Below, piece by piece: positions 1 to 10,571 of a stretch of 64,000 nt of DNA. Position 1 is the stretch's first letter; each line of letters opens with the position of its first letter. Both the position numbers and the translations under genes were made by a program. Source of the stretch: a bacterium (lineage in GTDB: Bacteria; Zhuqueibacterota; Zhuqueibacteria; Residuimicrobiales; Krinioviventaceae); contig CAXXFV010000014.1 in assembly GCA_963674595.2 (NCBI GenBank), forward strand, positions 64,001 to 128,000. Reading direction: 5' to 3'. The notes beneath the pieces were generated by a model that was given only the letters and a program-made list of their open reading frames with translations, made no database searches and was not told the origin of the DNA.

Positions 1-1
1 C

Positions 2-1184
2 CTGGTCACGGTTTCATTTTACACAAACCAAATCAGCGATATTTCAGCACTAGGAAACTTGACAAACCTGAAATCACTCTATCTGGGATGGAATTATATC
101 AGCGATATTGATGTGTTGGCTAGCCTTACAGAATTACTGGATCTGGATTTCACAGCAAATCTTATATCAGATATAAGTGCAGTTGCCAATCTTACCAATT
201 TAAACACACTTTTTCTATCGACAAATAATATTAATGATATTTCAGAGTTACAGAGTTTAACCGCGCCTGTCATTAATAGACCTCTCATGGAACAAAATTT
301 CTGATATTACTCCTTTACAAAATTTGACGAATTTAATCAACCTGTATCTTTCCGGGAATAAAATAAACGACATAAATATTTTACAAAATTTTTCAGCCAT
401 TGAATTACTCTTTCTTAAATCAAATCAACTGGACAATAGTGACTTGTTACAACTTTACAATCTAAATAACATGTACATTCTTAATTTACAGGATAATCCC
501 GGAATCATCAGCGGGAGTGCTGTGCAGACATTGGCAGACAATCTTGCCGCTATGAATTGTGAAGATATTACCTGGGACGGCACCTGCGGAGTTGATTCCA
601 ACAAAGCTGTGATCTGTTGGGTATCTGCCGATACAACAGAATCCGGAGAAACCGTCACGGTCCAGGCAACAGCGACTAATTCTTCTCAATCACAGCTAAA
701 AATGCAAATCAACTGGGGTGACGGGAATATATCCGAATATTCCTCTTTACAGGACAATGCTTCGACTTTTGAATTTCAACATATTTATTCTACAGCCGGA
801 AACATTTGATATTACAGTAACAGCGCAAAACAACCAGAACCAGGAAATCGGTGTTTCAAAATCGGTTGCCATTATAATTACCCGGTTCAAGTTTGGTTGA
901 AAAAAATGATAATGCTTTGCCGGAAATTTTATTATGGCAAAATTATCCGAATCCATTTAATCCGTCCACAACAATCCGTTATGAGTTAGCCAAAGCCGAA
1001 CATGTTACTTTGTCTGTTTACAATTTGACCGGACAAAACATTGCCACATTAACAAACGAATTTCAATCAGCCGGTACGCATGAGATAAAATGGACCCCTG
1101 ACAATCTGCCCACCCGGAATTTATTTCTATAAATTATATGTAGGAAATGTGGTTAAAACCCGAAAATTTATCTTACAAAAATAA
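2..1184 (+). CDS. Internalin-like LRR surface protein with PKD-like domain and C-terminal FlgD-Ig/T9SS-like sorting domain (5' partial; four apparent +1 frameshifts)
   Basis: LRR repeats (LTNLKSLYLGWNYISDI), PKD-like INWGDG..HIYSTAG, and NYPNPFNPSTTIRY CTD. ORFs 59-304, 324-809, part of 718-900 and 893-1132 join into one frame ending TAA 1182-1184 if one base is removed at each of ~263, ~801, ~882 and ~1114. Confidence 0.8.
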
Positions 1185-1214
1185 GTAAATCATTAACCAA
1201 ACGCGAATAAAAAT

Positions 1215-2223
1215 GTGAACAGTTATAAAAGATATACAGCCCTGTTATCCGGTAAGCCCGCAGATATTCTCCCCTGCATTCCCTATTGTAATGCATTTTG
1301 CTGCAGAATATATCAACAAAACCTATGCGGATTTCGCCTCTGATTATAATGTACTGGTCGAAGCAAACAGCGCCTGCGCCAGAGATTTTTCATTTGATCA
1401 ATTAAGCGTCATTTCAGATCCGTATCGGGAAACGCATGGTTTCGGCGCGGAAATTAAATATCATGCCAACAGGGTACCGGAATGTATTTGTCCGCCGTTA
1501 TTTGATTCCAAAGATTTATCATTATTAAAAGCACCAAATCCGTTAACCTCCGAAAGAATGCTGGACCGCGTCAACGGGGTTAAACTTTTTCATGAAAAAT
1601 ATGTCAAACAATATTCCATTTTAGGCTGGGTGGAAGGCCCGGCTGCATCGGCGGCAACGTTACGTTCGGTCGGTAATTTTCTCATCGACATTATTGATGA
1701 TATTCCATTTACCGAAAAACTGATGGATGTTTGTACACAAACGGCTATTGACTTCGCCAAGGCACAAATTACCAACGGTGCGGACACCATTGGTATCGGT
1801 GACGCCATTGCCAGTCAGGTTTCACCGGATATTTATGAAAAAATAATCCTGCCCCGAGAAAAACAACTTGTTGATGCCATTCACGATGCCGGAGCGTATG
1901 TAAGACTGCATATCTGCGGCAACATAACACACCTGCTGCCGGGAATTGCTGAACTGGACGTCGATATTCTGGATGTCGATTCCATGGTGGATTTAAAAAT
2001 CACCCGAAACAACGTGGGAACAAAGGTTGTCATTGCCGGTAATATTGATCCGGTACGGAACATAAAGATGGGCACCCCAATTGATATTCAGGATCATGTG
2101 CTGAAAAATTATAATGATGCGGGTAATCCGTTCATGATCAACGCAGGATGTGAAATCCCTGCAGCAACGCCCCATGAGAACCTGAAAGCGTTATGCAAAC
2201 CAATTGCTTATAAAGCCTATTGA
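1215..2223 (+). CDS. MtaA/CmuA-family (uroporphyrinogen decarboxylase fold) methylcobamide methyltransferase
   Basis: GWVEGP, IGDA, zinc motif HICG and C-terminal GCEIP. Probable GTG start at 1215 (MNSYKRY..LPCIPIVMHF) with one extra C at ~1282; ORF track gives 1291-2223. Confidence 0.8.
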
Positions 2224-2240
2224 TTTGTTAATAATATAAT

Positions 2241-2282
2241 AAAAATGCCGGATTGTAAAACATGTAACAATCCGGCGTTTTT
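2241..2282. terminator. Bidirectional intrinsic terminator
   Basis: AAAAATGCCGGATTGT...ACAATCCGGCGTTTTT hairpin between convergent genes. Confidence 0.8.
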
Positions 2283-2303
2283 ATCTAAATTCTACAAATA
2301 ATC

Positions 2304-3340
2304 CTAGGGAATCAGCACACCTTTTTAATGCTTTTAAATTTTCAATATCATCAAAAACCTGTTCCCAATCTTCCAACGGTTTTTTATGGGTGATTACTTT
2401 TTCCGGGATTATTTGTCCGTTGTGAATGAGATGAATGGACCTGTCCCAGGACTCGTAGCATGTTGAAAGATTAAAATTAACATCCACCACCTTGAAAGCA
2501 AATTTATCCCAGGGTACAACAACGTCCTTGTTTCCGGTTAATCCGATGACACAAATCTTGCCCATTTTGCGGACAAGGTCTACCGTCATGGGGATGGCTT
2601 TTGGTGAACCACTGCATTCCACCACAATGTCCGCACCGAGGCCGTTTGTCATTTCCAGAACAGCTTCAACCGGATCGGTTTCACCGATATTGATAATATT
2701 ATCAAATCCCAATTCTTTCGCAGTCCTTAAAACGAAGATCAACATCTCCCGGTGTTCCGACAAGCACAACCTCTCTGGCACCGGCAGCCCGTGCCACCAT
2801 AGCGCCGATGAGTCCGATCGGGCCGGGACCCTGGATAACCACAAAATCACCGGCCGTGACTTTGGTGTGAAGAATAAGGTCTGTTACAATATTGGCTGTG
2901 GGTTCCACAATCACAGCCTGGTCCCATGACATGGTCTCCGGGATTTTGTGTAACAATTTTTCAGGGTAACAGATATATTTGGTCATGCCGCCGTGAATGC
3001 CCCATCCGGGTGAGCGTTTTTGCGGACATATTTGTATATTGCCGGTGCGGCACAAATAGCAGGAACCGCAGGCCAGGGTATGCGGTTCTGCCACAATTTT
3101 ATCACCGATTTTTAAATTTTTACACTCTTTACCAAGTTCAATAACCGTTCCGGTAAACTCGTGTCCAAGAATAACCGGCGGCCAATAGGGAAATTTATCA
3201 TGACGTATATGTATATCCGAGCCGCAAATACCGCAAGCGGCAATTTCTATCTTAACCTCATCAGGTTTGGGTTGAGGTTCGGGCATGTCCACAATTTCTA
3301 TATGACCGACTCCTCGCTGGGTCTTAACTAATGATTTCAT
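2304..3340 (-). CDS. Zn-dependent medium-chain alcohol/polyol dehydrogenase (two apparent +1 frameshifts)
   Basis: GICGSD, GHE, structural CxxCxxC(7)C and GPGPIG motifs. ORFs 2702-3340 and 2281-2850 join on removing one G at ~2726; removing one A at ~2323 gives the typical KGVLIP* end (TAG 2304-2306). Confidence 0.85.
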
Positions 3341-3472
3341 AAAATTCCTTTATAATTCGGCAATCATTATTCTTTTAAAACTTTCGTTTTTAAAAAATAT
3401 TCAGGAAACAACTCCTGGACTTGGTCCGGCATCCGGTTTCAAGCCCCACATCTTGCAGTAAAGTGTTCTATG

Positions 3473-4690
3473 TCAATCCAATTTTGCAATATAATTAGCA
3501 ATTACACCGGCGGTCCGTTCTATATCCGACATTTTAATCTGTTCGTCCTTTGAATGCGCTACAGTCAAAGTTCCCGGACCGTAAACAACCGTTGGTATGT
3601 TGAGAATATTATTGTAAAACCATGCATCACAGGAAGCGGTCATAGCATCTATTTTCAAATCAGCTTTCACATCCTTTGCGGCTCCCAGTAACCTTTGCGG
3701 CAATTCATGGTCCTGATTGACAACACTGCAATCGTGTCGATAGGTAAATCTCAGATCAAATTCACCATTAATATTATCCTTTAAACACGCCAGCATTTCT
3801 GTGCAAATGTCTTCTTTTGTTTTGTTGGGTAAAAATCCAAGTACACCTTCCAGAATAGCTTTATTGGGCGGTGATGCCGGCCAGTTTCCGGCTTCCAGTT
3901 TACCAAAGGTTAAAGGCATGGGATTTGGATAATCATCAAAAAGAGCAAGACCTTTTGATGATTGCAATAATTCTTTGTGATAATTTATTAGACATGTCAT
4001 GGCCTCGTGGGCAAGCAGAAGCGCGCTTTTTGTATTGGCAACGGTACCACTGTGACCGGCAATGCCTTTAAATTCAATACGAAACCAGACAGCACCGCGA
4101 ATGGACGTTAAAATTTTATTGTCACTCGGTTCCAGAACAATGCAGGCATCAGCCTGCGGATTATGGTTACGGACCATTGCCAGCGACCCGTTACCGCCGT
4201 TTTCTTCTTCAACAACAATATGGGCTTCGACACTATTATTCAATTCAGCCTGGCAGTCTTTTAAGGCCTTCATAATTAAATAAATCGCCGCCACCTGTCC
4301 CTTTGCATCACAGGCGCCTCGTGCAAAAATGGTATCATCTTTCATGGTCGGTTCATAAGGGCCGACCATTCCGACTGACGGCGGAACGACATCCACATGA
4401 CTGTTGAGCAGCACTTTTTTACCGTTTTTATTTCCCTTCAGCTTTACGCGGACATTAAAACGACCATCGTATTCAATATCTTCAATAGGACCGGCATAGT
4501 CCGGATCATTACGTAAACTGTTTGACAAGGGCACTTTTTCAACATCAAGACCTATTTTTTCAAACTCGGCCGCAATAAACTCCATTGCCTGGTGTTCCTG
4601 TCCCGATGTTGACGGGAACTTTAACAGCTCGCATAAAAAATTTTGACAGTCATCCAAGTGTTTGTTGACTGTTTTTTCTATATCAATCAT
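3473..4690 (-). CDS. M20 family (ArgE/DapE-like) deacylase/peptidase
   Basis: SHVDVV, RGACDAKG, VEEE and AHSKDE metal-binding motifs. Confidence 0.9.
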   Translation of the reverse strand: MIDIEKTVNKHLDDCQNFLCELLKFPSTSGQEHQAMEFIAAEFEKIGLDVEKVPLSNSLRNDPDYAGPIEDIEYDGRFNVRVKLKGNKNGKKVLLNSHVDVVPPSVGMVGPYEPTMKDDTIFARGACDAKGQVAAIYLIMKALKDCQAELNNSVEAHIVVEEENGGNGSLAMVRNHNPQADACIVLEPSDNKILTSIRGAVWFRIEFKGIAGHSGTVANTKSALLLAHEAMTCLINYHKELLQSSKGLALFDDYPNPMPLTFGKLEAGNWPASPPNKAILEGVLGFLPNKTKEDICTEMLACLKDNINGEFDLRFTYRHDCSVVNQDHELPQRLLGAAKDVKADLKIDAMTASCDAWFYNNILNIPTVVYGPGTLTVAHSKDEQIKMSDIERTAGVIANYIAKLD

Positions 4691-4711
4691 TTATATTTCC
4701 AGTTTAATCAA

Positions 4712-6028
4712 TTACAAACTTTTTAAAACATTTTTCATAATGTTGACACTTTCATCCGCTTCTTCCTGCGTAATAACAAGCGGCGGGGCGACACGGATCA
4801 CATTACCAAACGCACCGACACTGCCGACCAAAAGTCCGTTTTCGGCACATTTTGTAATAATGGTTTTTATTAGATCGGACGCCGGTTCCTTGGTTTGTTT
4901 GTCTTTAACAAATTCCATTCCCATAACCAGTCCCATTCCGCGAACATCGCCGAGGTATTTACACTCGTCTTTAAGGCCGGATAATTTTTCCAGCATATAA
5001 GCGCCCATCTTGGCGGAATTGTCTACCAGGTTTTCATTTTCAAAAATATCAAGTACAGCCATAACAGCCGCAGAAGAAACAGGGTTACCACCCAGGGTAC
5101 TGGACATTTCACCTTTGCTTAAACAGGAAAAAACCTCAGTCGTTGAAGCAATGGCAGATACCGGAATACCACAACCAATGGCTTTTCCAATGGTTACAAC
5201 ATCAGGCTTGACATCTTCATGTTCCATGGCCCACATTTTTCCGGTGCGTCCGTAGGAAGCCTGGACCTCGTCCAAAACAAACAACAGTCCATTGTTATGG
5301 GCCCAGAGTTCCAGTTTTTTCAACCAGCCCTTTGGCGGAAAAATAAATCCGGCCGCGCCCTGATAGGGTTCCACAAAAACCCCGGCAAGACTACCAGTCG
5401 AATTAGCCCGAATGACACCTTCCATATAATCAAAAAATCGACCATAATCCGGTCCGTCATTACACCAGCCGAACGGATCACGATAGGGATTAGGATAGGG
5501 TACACGAATAATACCCGGTACAGACGGGCCGTAACCTTTTTTCGGACCAGCCATTCCGCCTATAGAAGCCGACGTACCTGTCCGGCCATGGAATCCGCCT
5601 TCAAAGGAGATAATTTCATATTTTCCGGTTTTTCGTTTAATCAACCGGCTGGCTGCTTCAATGGCCTCACTTCCGGTACTGAGGAAAAAACATTTATCCA
5701 AATGATCGGGCAAGGCTTTAACAAATCGTTCAGAAGCTTCAATTCGATAGGTGTTGGCACATTCATAATTGTTGAGCAGGTCTTCCATTGCTTTTTGCGA
5801 CTCTTTAACAAGATGCGGGTGGCAATGCCCCACATTGGTCACCAGCACACCGGAGGTCCAGTCAATAAAAGTATTACCGTCCACGTCCTCGACCTGACAT
5901 CCTTTTGCCTTTTTCCAGACAACAGGGGCCTGAAACCCGGTTACATCAGCTTCATATTGATACCATTTTTTTAACAGCTCTGCACTCTTTGGACCGGGAA
6001 TCGGGGTTTTTATATTGGTAATTGCCAT
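4712..6028 (-). CDS. Class III PLP aminotransferase (GabT-like)
   Basis: GSEA, FHGRT, DEVQASYGRTG and the PLP lysine in TIGKAIG. Confidence 0.92.
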   Translation of the reverse strand: MAITNIKTPIPGPKSAELLKKWYQYEADVTGFQAPVVWKKAKGCQVEDVDGNTFIDWTSGVLVTNVGHCHPHLVKESQKAMEDLLNNYECANTYRIEASERFVKALPDHLDKCFFLSTGSEAIEAASRLIKRKTGKYEIISFEGGFHGRTGTSASIGGMAGPKKGYGPSVPGIIRVPYPNPYRDPFGWCNDGPDYGRFFDYMEGVIRANSTGSLAGVFVEPYQGAAGFIFPPKGWLKKLELWAHNNGLLFVLDEVQASYGRTGKMWAMEHEDVKPDVVTIGKAIGCGIPVSAIASTTEVFSCLSKGEMSSTLGGNPVSSAAVMAVLDIFENENLVDNSAKMGAYMLEKLSGLKDECKYLGDVRGMGLVMGMEFVKDKQTKEPASDLIKTIITKCAENGLLVGSVGAFGNVIRVAPPLVITQEEADESVNIMKNVLKSL

Positions 6029-6080
6029 AGCAAACTTCCTTTATTTTTACAATCTCTAGAAAAAATCAATTCAATATCTT

Positions 6081-7070
6081 TTATTTCAACGTCTCTTTAT
6101 TAATAACACATCTGGCGTTTCCACCTTCAGCGCTGGAGATAATATCATTTAAAATACTCTTTCGGATTTCCCATCCGGCTTCAACCGACGCCCAGGCAAT
6201 ATGCGGTGTTAATATAACATTCTCGAATCCAAATAACGGGTAATCGGGTGAAGGCGGTTCCTTGTCATAAACATCAATCGCGGCACCGGCAATGGTTTTG
6301 TTGGCAATAGCTTCTGCCAGATCGTTAACATCGACCATGGGTCCGCGGGACGTGTTTACCAGATAAGCGGTTGGTTTCATTTTCGCCAAGGCTTCTTTAT
6401 TGATTAAATGAAAGGTTTCTTCCGTCAAAGGCGTATGGACCGTGATATAATCCGATTCCCGCAGCACCTGGTCTCTGGGAACAATATCAATACCCAGTTC
6501 TTTAATTTGTTCTTCAGACAGATAGGGATCACAGCCAAGAATGCGAAAACCAAAATGTTTTAATTTGCGGTAAACCCTGCTGCCGATTCGTCCCACACCG
6601 ATAATTCCCAGTGTTTTTCCGTGCAGGCGGTACATGGGGAACAAACCGGAAAAATCCCATTGGCCTGCCTGACTCGATTTGTCTAAAATTTTCCGGCTGG
6701 AAACCACTTTACGGGCACAGGCAAAAACCAGGGCAATGGCATGTTCCGCCACATCCTCTTTACAGTAATCCGGTTGAAAGGCGAACTGTATGCCGTAACG
6801 CGTACAGGCATTGACATCCACGTTATCATAACCGATACCATGACGGATTATAAGACGGCAGTTTTTTAATTTTGATAAAATTGAATCCGTCATAGGGACC
6901 ATATTGACGACAATAATATCAGCATCTATAATTTTTTCCAAAACTTTTTCTTCAGGCTGAAATTTTAACTGATAAGCTTCAAAATGAATGCCTTTCTTTT
7001 TCAGCTCTTCAGCTTCCCAATCCTGGTTATCATGAATGTAATCCGTAACAACAACTTTAATTTGGCTCAT
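6081..7070 (-). CDS. D-isomer-specific 2-hydroxyacid dehydrogenase (CtBP/SerA-like)
   Basis: GIGYDNVD, GVGRIG, NTSRG, DVYDKEP and TPHIAW motifs; start placed at MSQIKVVVTD. Confidence 0.9.
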   Translation of the reverse strand: MSQIKVVVTDYIHDNQDWEAEELKKKGIHFEAYQLKFQPEEKVLEKIIDADIIVVNMVPMTDSILSKLKNCRLIIRHGIGYDNVDVNACTRYGIQFAFQPDYCKEDVAEHAIALVFACARKVVSSRKILDKSSQAGQWDFSGLFPMYRLHGKTLGIIGVGRIGSRVYRKLKHFGFRILGCDPYLSEEQIKELGIDIVPRDQVLRESDYITVHTPLTEETFHLINKEALAKMKPTAYLVNTSRGPMVDVNDLAEAIANKTIAGAAIDVYDKEPPSPDYPLFGFENVILTPHIAWASVEAGWEIRKSILNDIISSAEGGNARCVINKETLK

Positions 7071-7072
7071 AT

Positions 7073-8134
7073 TTAGTCCACCTTTTCCCATTTTTTTGAT
7101 TGTGCCGATTTGTAAACAGCTTCAACAATTTTTAAAGCTGCCAGTCCGTCTTCACCGGTGATGGGAAGCGGCGTATTTTTCAACACGGCATCGGCAAATG
7201 CCTGAACATAGGCGAGTCCCATATACCCCGAATAACCTTTTACCGGTTCCAGTTCTAACTGAATTTCACGGCGGGGAGAGCCTTTATACTCCGGCATATC
7301 ACTGCAGATATTAAGCACGTCGTTATCACCTTCATAAGCCGGGGCCCAGGAAATGACACCTTTTGTGCCGCGAACAGACAGATACAAATCCCGGCCATGC
7401 GGAAAAGATTCCGGGACCGTATAACTGATATCCAGTGAAACAATGGTCCCTTTTTTAAACCGCAAGTGAGCAAAGGAATTATCTTCAATATCATACTCGG
7501 TGTTGATTTTAACATTTTGACCGCTCACCTCAGATACTTCATCCTCCAATATCCAGCGGAAAAGATCAATCCAGTGTACACCCAAATTATACATGGGACC
7601 ACCGCCGGACCGTTCTTTTTGCAGCATCCAGGGAGAATGTCCGATAATATATCGTTCCAGTTTGCCGGCTGCACATCGGCCTTCGGCGCCGACCAATTTA
7701 CCGATAATTCCGGACTGTACAATTTTTTTAAACTCAACCGAAGCCGGATGCAGACGCCAGCAATATCCGGTTGACAATTTTACATTGTTATCTGCTGCGG
7801 CTTTGATGATTTTTGCCGTATCGGAAGCAACAGCCGTCATTGGTTTTTCCACCATAAGATGAATGCCTTTTTGAGCACAGGCTATGGCCGCTGGGGCACA
7901 ATCCGCATGGGGCAAAAAGATGGCCGCCACATCCAATTGTTCTGCATTCAGCATTTTATTGAGATCGTCATATCCCTTGACGTTAAAATCATTACAAAAC
8001 GCATTTCTCAAATTTTCATTCGGTTCATAAACCGACGTCACCTCGGTTTCCTTGACCATTTCAAACAAAGGCATATACAATCGCGGATGAAGGTGGCCGA
8101 GTCCTATAATTCCAACTTTTAACGGTGATTTCAT
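7073..8134 (-). CDS. Gfo/Idh/MocA family oxidoreductase
   Basis: VGIIGLG, VEKPM, GGGPMYNLGVHWID. Confidence 0.9.
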   Translation of the reverse strand: MKSPLKVGIIGLGHLHPRLYMPLFEMVKETEVTSVYEPNENLRNAFCNDFNVKGYDDLNKMLNAEQLDVAAIFLPHADCAPAAIACAQKGIHLMVEKPMTAVASDTAKIIKAAADNNVKLSTGYCWRLHPASVEFKKIVQSGIIGKLVGAEGRCAAGKLERYIIGHSPWMLQKERSGGGPMYNLGVHWIDLFRWILEDEVSEVSGQNVKINTEYDIEDNSFAHLRFKKGTIVSLDISYTVPESFPHGRDLYLSVRGTKGVISWAPAYEGDNDVLNICSDMPEYKGSPRREIQLELEPVKGYSGYMGLAYVQAFADAVLKNTPLPITGEDGLAALKIVEAVYKSAQSKKWEKVD

Positions 8135-8150
8135 TTTTTATATATATCTC

Positions 8151-9221
8151 CTATAATTCCCAAATACTTTCATCATCAACGACCGGCAATTCAATTTTAC
8201 AGTTTTTAGCAGCAGAATGATACATGGCCAGCACGGCTTCCAGAGTCGGCCGGACAGATGAAACAGGGATGATCACCTCATGATCATTCAAAATAGCGTC
8301 GATCATGTCCTGCACAACCACCTGATGATCTGCGAATCCAAATGCAGCCGGACCGGAAGCACCGGTCGCCTGCGCGGCATTACCTAAATTACGAATTTCT
8401 TCATCTTCCGGTAATTCGTCCTTAAAGCTCCATTTATCAATTTTCTCACCCAAAACAATAGCGGTCCCGTTTTCACCATTAATTTCAATACGAATATCCG
8501 TTCCCGGCCAAAAAGCAGTAGAAGCCTGAACCACACCCTGAGCGCCGTTTTTAAACTCAATAAAAGAAAGTAGTGTATCTTCCAGCTTGACGGACGGATG
8601 GGCCAAATTTTTCATCTGTGCCTGAACATTGGCCAGCGGTCCAACCAGGTAAACCAGCAAATCAATATAATGAAAAGCATGCTGGACCGTTACACCGGCA
8701 CCGGATTTTCGTGAACTGCGCCAGCCATCGCTGTGATAATATTCCGAGGAACGGTACCATTTCATATATGCATCTGCATTTAAAATTTTTCCAAATCGCC
8801 CCGAATCAATGGCCTTTTTCACGGCCTGAATGGATTTACGGACCCGGCTCTGCACAGTACACCCGAATCGCAAATTTGCAGCTTTGCAGGCCTCAATCAT
8901 CTCATCGGTTTCTTTTAAAGTCATTGCCGGTGGTTTTTCCACGATAATATGCTTGCCTGCCCGGCAACAAGCCATAACAGCGTCATAATGCAAATGGTTA
9001 GGTGTTGCGATATTTACAACATTAATACGATCATCTTTAAGCATCTCATCCAGGGATGTATAAACAGCAGCATCATGTTCCGATGCAAATTTTCCAGCGC
9101 GTTCTTTATCAACATCGCATACACCAATTAATTGACCATTTGTTGATGCTTTAATGGCATTTGCATGAAAGGGAGCCACCAGACCGGTCCCCAATATAGC
9201 GAATCCAATATTATCTTTCAT
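8151..9221 (-). CDS. Gfo/Idh/MocA family oxidoreductase
   Basis: ILGTG, ATPNHLH, VEKPP, QHAFHYID; RBS GAAGGAGG upstream. Confidence 0.9.
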   Translation of the reverse strand: MKDNIGFAILGTGLVAPFHANAIKASTNGQLIGVCDVDKERAGKFASEHDAAVYTSLDEMLKDDRINVVNIATPNHLHYDAVMACCRAGKHIIVEKPPAMTLKETDEMIEACKAANLRFGCTVQSRVRKSIQAVKKAIDSGRFGKILNADAYMKWYRSSEYYHSDGWRSSRKSGAGVTVQHAFHYIDLLVYLVGPLANVQAQMKNLAHPSVKLEDTLLSFIEFKNGAQGVVQASTAFWPGTDIRIEINGENGTAIVLGEKIDKWSFKDELPEDEEIRNLGNAAQATGASGPAAFGFADHQVVVQDMIDAILNDHEVIIPVSSVRPTLEAVLAMYHSAAKNCKIELPVVDDESIWEL

Positions 9222-9385
9222 TATTTTCCTCCTTCAAATTAAAATCTCTCCACGAGAACATGGTAAACATCTGAACGCCCGTCCGGTTTATCGTGTCAGG
9301 AATAGTCAGTTATCTGTTTTTTTTAAGACTGTTCCTTTGGTTGCTTCAATCTTAAAACGATGGTAATATTTATAAACTTTTAAAT

Positions 9386-9425
9386 AAAAAAGCCATAACC
9401 TTATCTAAACGGCAATGGCTTTGCT
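9386..9425 (-). promoter_or_regulatory. Terminator-like hairpin in the 5' leader of the catabolic operon (candidate attenuator)
   Basis: Minus strand AGCAAAGCCATTGCC-GTTTAGATAA-GGTTATGGCTTTTTT, about 165 nt upstream of the first start codon; no minus-strand gene ends nearby. Confidence 0.6.
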
Positions 9426-9738
9426 AAATTTCAGACAGTATATTTTAAATTGAAAAATAATAGTAATTAAATTCACGCGGCCGTACATATTAAAAAGGAC
9501 TTTCAAAATTTATTACCGGTAAAACAGTCAGGAAGAACGTTATTTTTCAAACATTCTTTAAGGAATAAAGTTTAAAAACTTAATAAAAATCGTCTTTATT
9601 TTCAAGATATTTCTCCCGCAATGAAATATTCATATAGAAATAATAATATCAAGAATTCGAAAATTTATATTTACTTTTGCATAATAATTCATACATTTTA
9701 TAAAAACCACATTCACACAATATTTTTAGAGGAATTGA

Positions 9739-10557
9739 GTGAATACGATATCATATAAATTTATGTATCTTATCACCCTTTTACTGGTCTTTTTCATTAT
9801 CACAACGAGCTTAAGCGGACTGCTCATTCCGGCCACCTATTCACAGGAAACTGTTAACTGGAACGTCCAGGCCATCGGTCAGGATATTATAAACCTTTTT
9901 CTTATTCTCCCCTTTCTTCTGGCAAGTGCATTTTATACAGGTCGTGGAAATAAAAAAGCGCTGTTTGTATGGAGCGGCTGTTTGCTTTATCTGATCTATA
10001 CATTTGTCATTTATTGTTTCTCCCTTCATTTTAACCGGCTTTTTTTAATTTATTGTTTTACCTTCGGCTCAGCTTTTTACGGCCTTGCCTATGTATTTTA
10101 TATCCTCCCCAAAAATCCAATTATTGAATGGTATAAAAAAAGCAAAATCCCGTTTAAAACAACAGGTATTTACTTCATCACACTGGGATGTTTGTTTTAC
10201 TTTCTCTGGCTGGCCACAATAATACCGGCGGTTATAAACGGAACAACACCACGGGAAATTATTGATATCGGTGCCTTGACAAACCCGGTCCATGTTTTGG
10301 ATATATCGATTGTTCTACCGGGTTTCCTGTTGACGGGTGTATTGTTGATAAAAAAGAAACAAATCGGGCTGTTACTAGCCCCGATGTTTCTTGTTTTCTG
10401 TCTTTTAATGGACATAACAATAGCTGTTTTAAATATTATTATGTTTATAAAAGATATATCACCAAATTTAATCGTAACAGCCATTATGGGTCTTTTTACC
10501 CTGGTTACGTTGATCATAATTATACACTATTTTCGTGCCATTAAAAATGAAACCTGA
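9739..10557 (+). CDS. Multi-pass membrane protein, unknown function
   Basis: About 8 hydrophobic segments; GTG start with AGAGGA RBS. Confidence 0.75.
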   Translation: MNTISYKFMYLITLLLVFFIITTSLSGLLIPATYSQETVNWNVQAIGQDIINLFLILPFLLASAFYTGRGNKKALFVWSGCLLYLIYTFVIYCFSLHFNRLFLIYCFTFGSAFYGLAYVFYILPKNPIIEWYKKSKIPFKTTGIYFITLGCLFYFLWLATIIPAVINGTTPREIIDIGALTNPVHVLDISIVLPGFLLTGVLLIKKKQIGLLLAPMFLVFCLLMDITIAVLNIIMFIKDISPNLIVTAIMGLFTLVTLIIIIHYFRAIKNET

Positions 10558-10571
10558 TAGACGAGACGACA

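Noticed and set aside
2-3340. True pseudogenes or selenocysteine read-through at TGA (304, 809, 900, 2702)
   Set aside because: Homology continues in another frame before each stop; single-base insertions explain all the breaks.
5219-5974. Long antisense ORFs (also 21894-22286, 23780-24280, 53986-54474, 62722-63126)
   Set aside because: They are shadows of well-supported genes on the opposite strand and carry no motifs.
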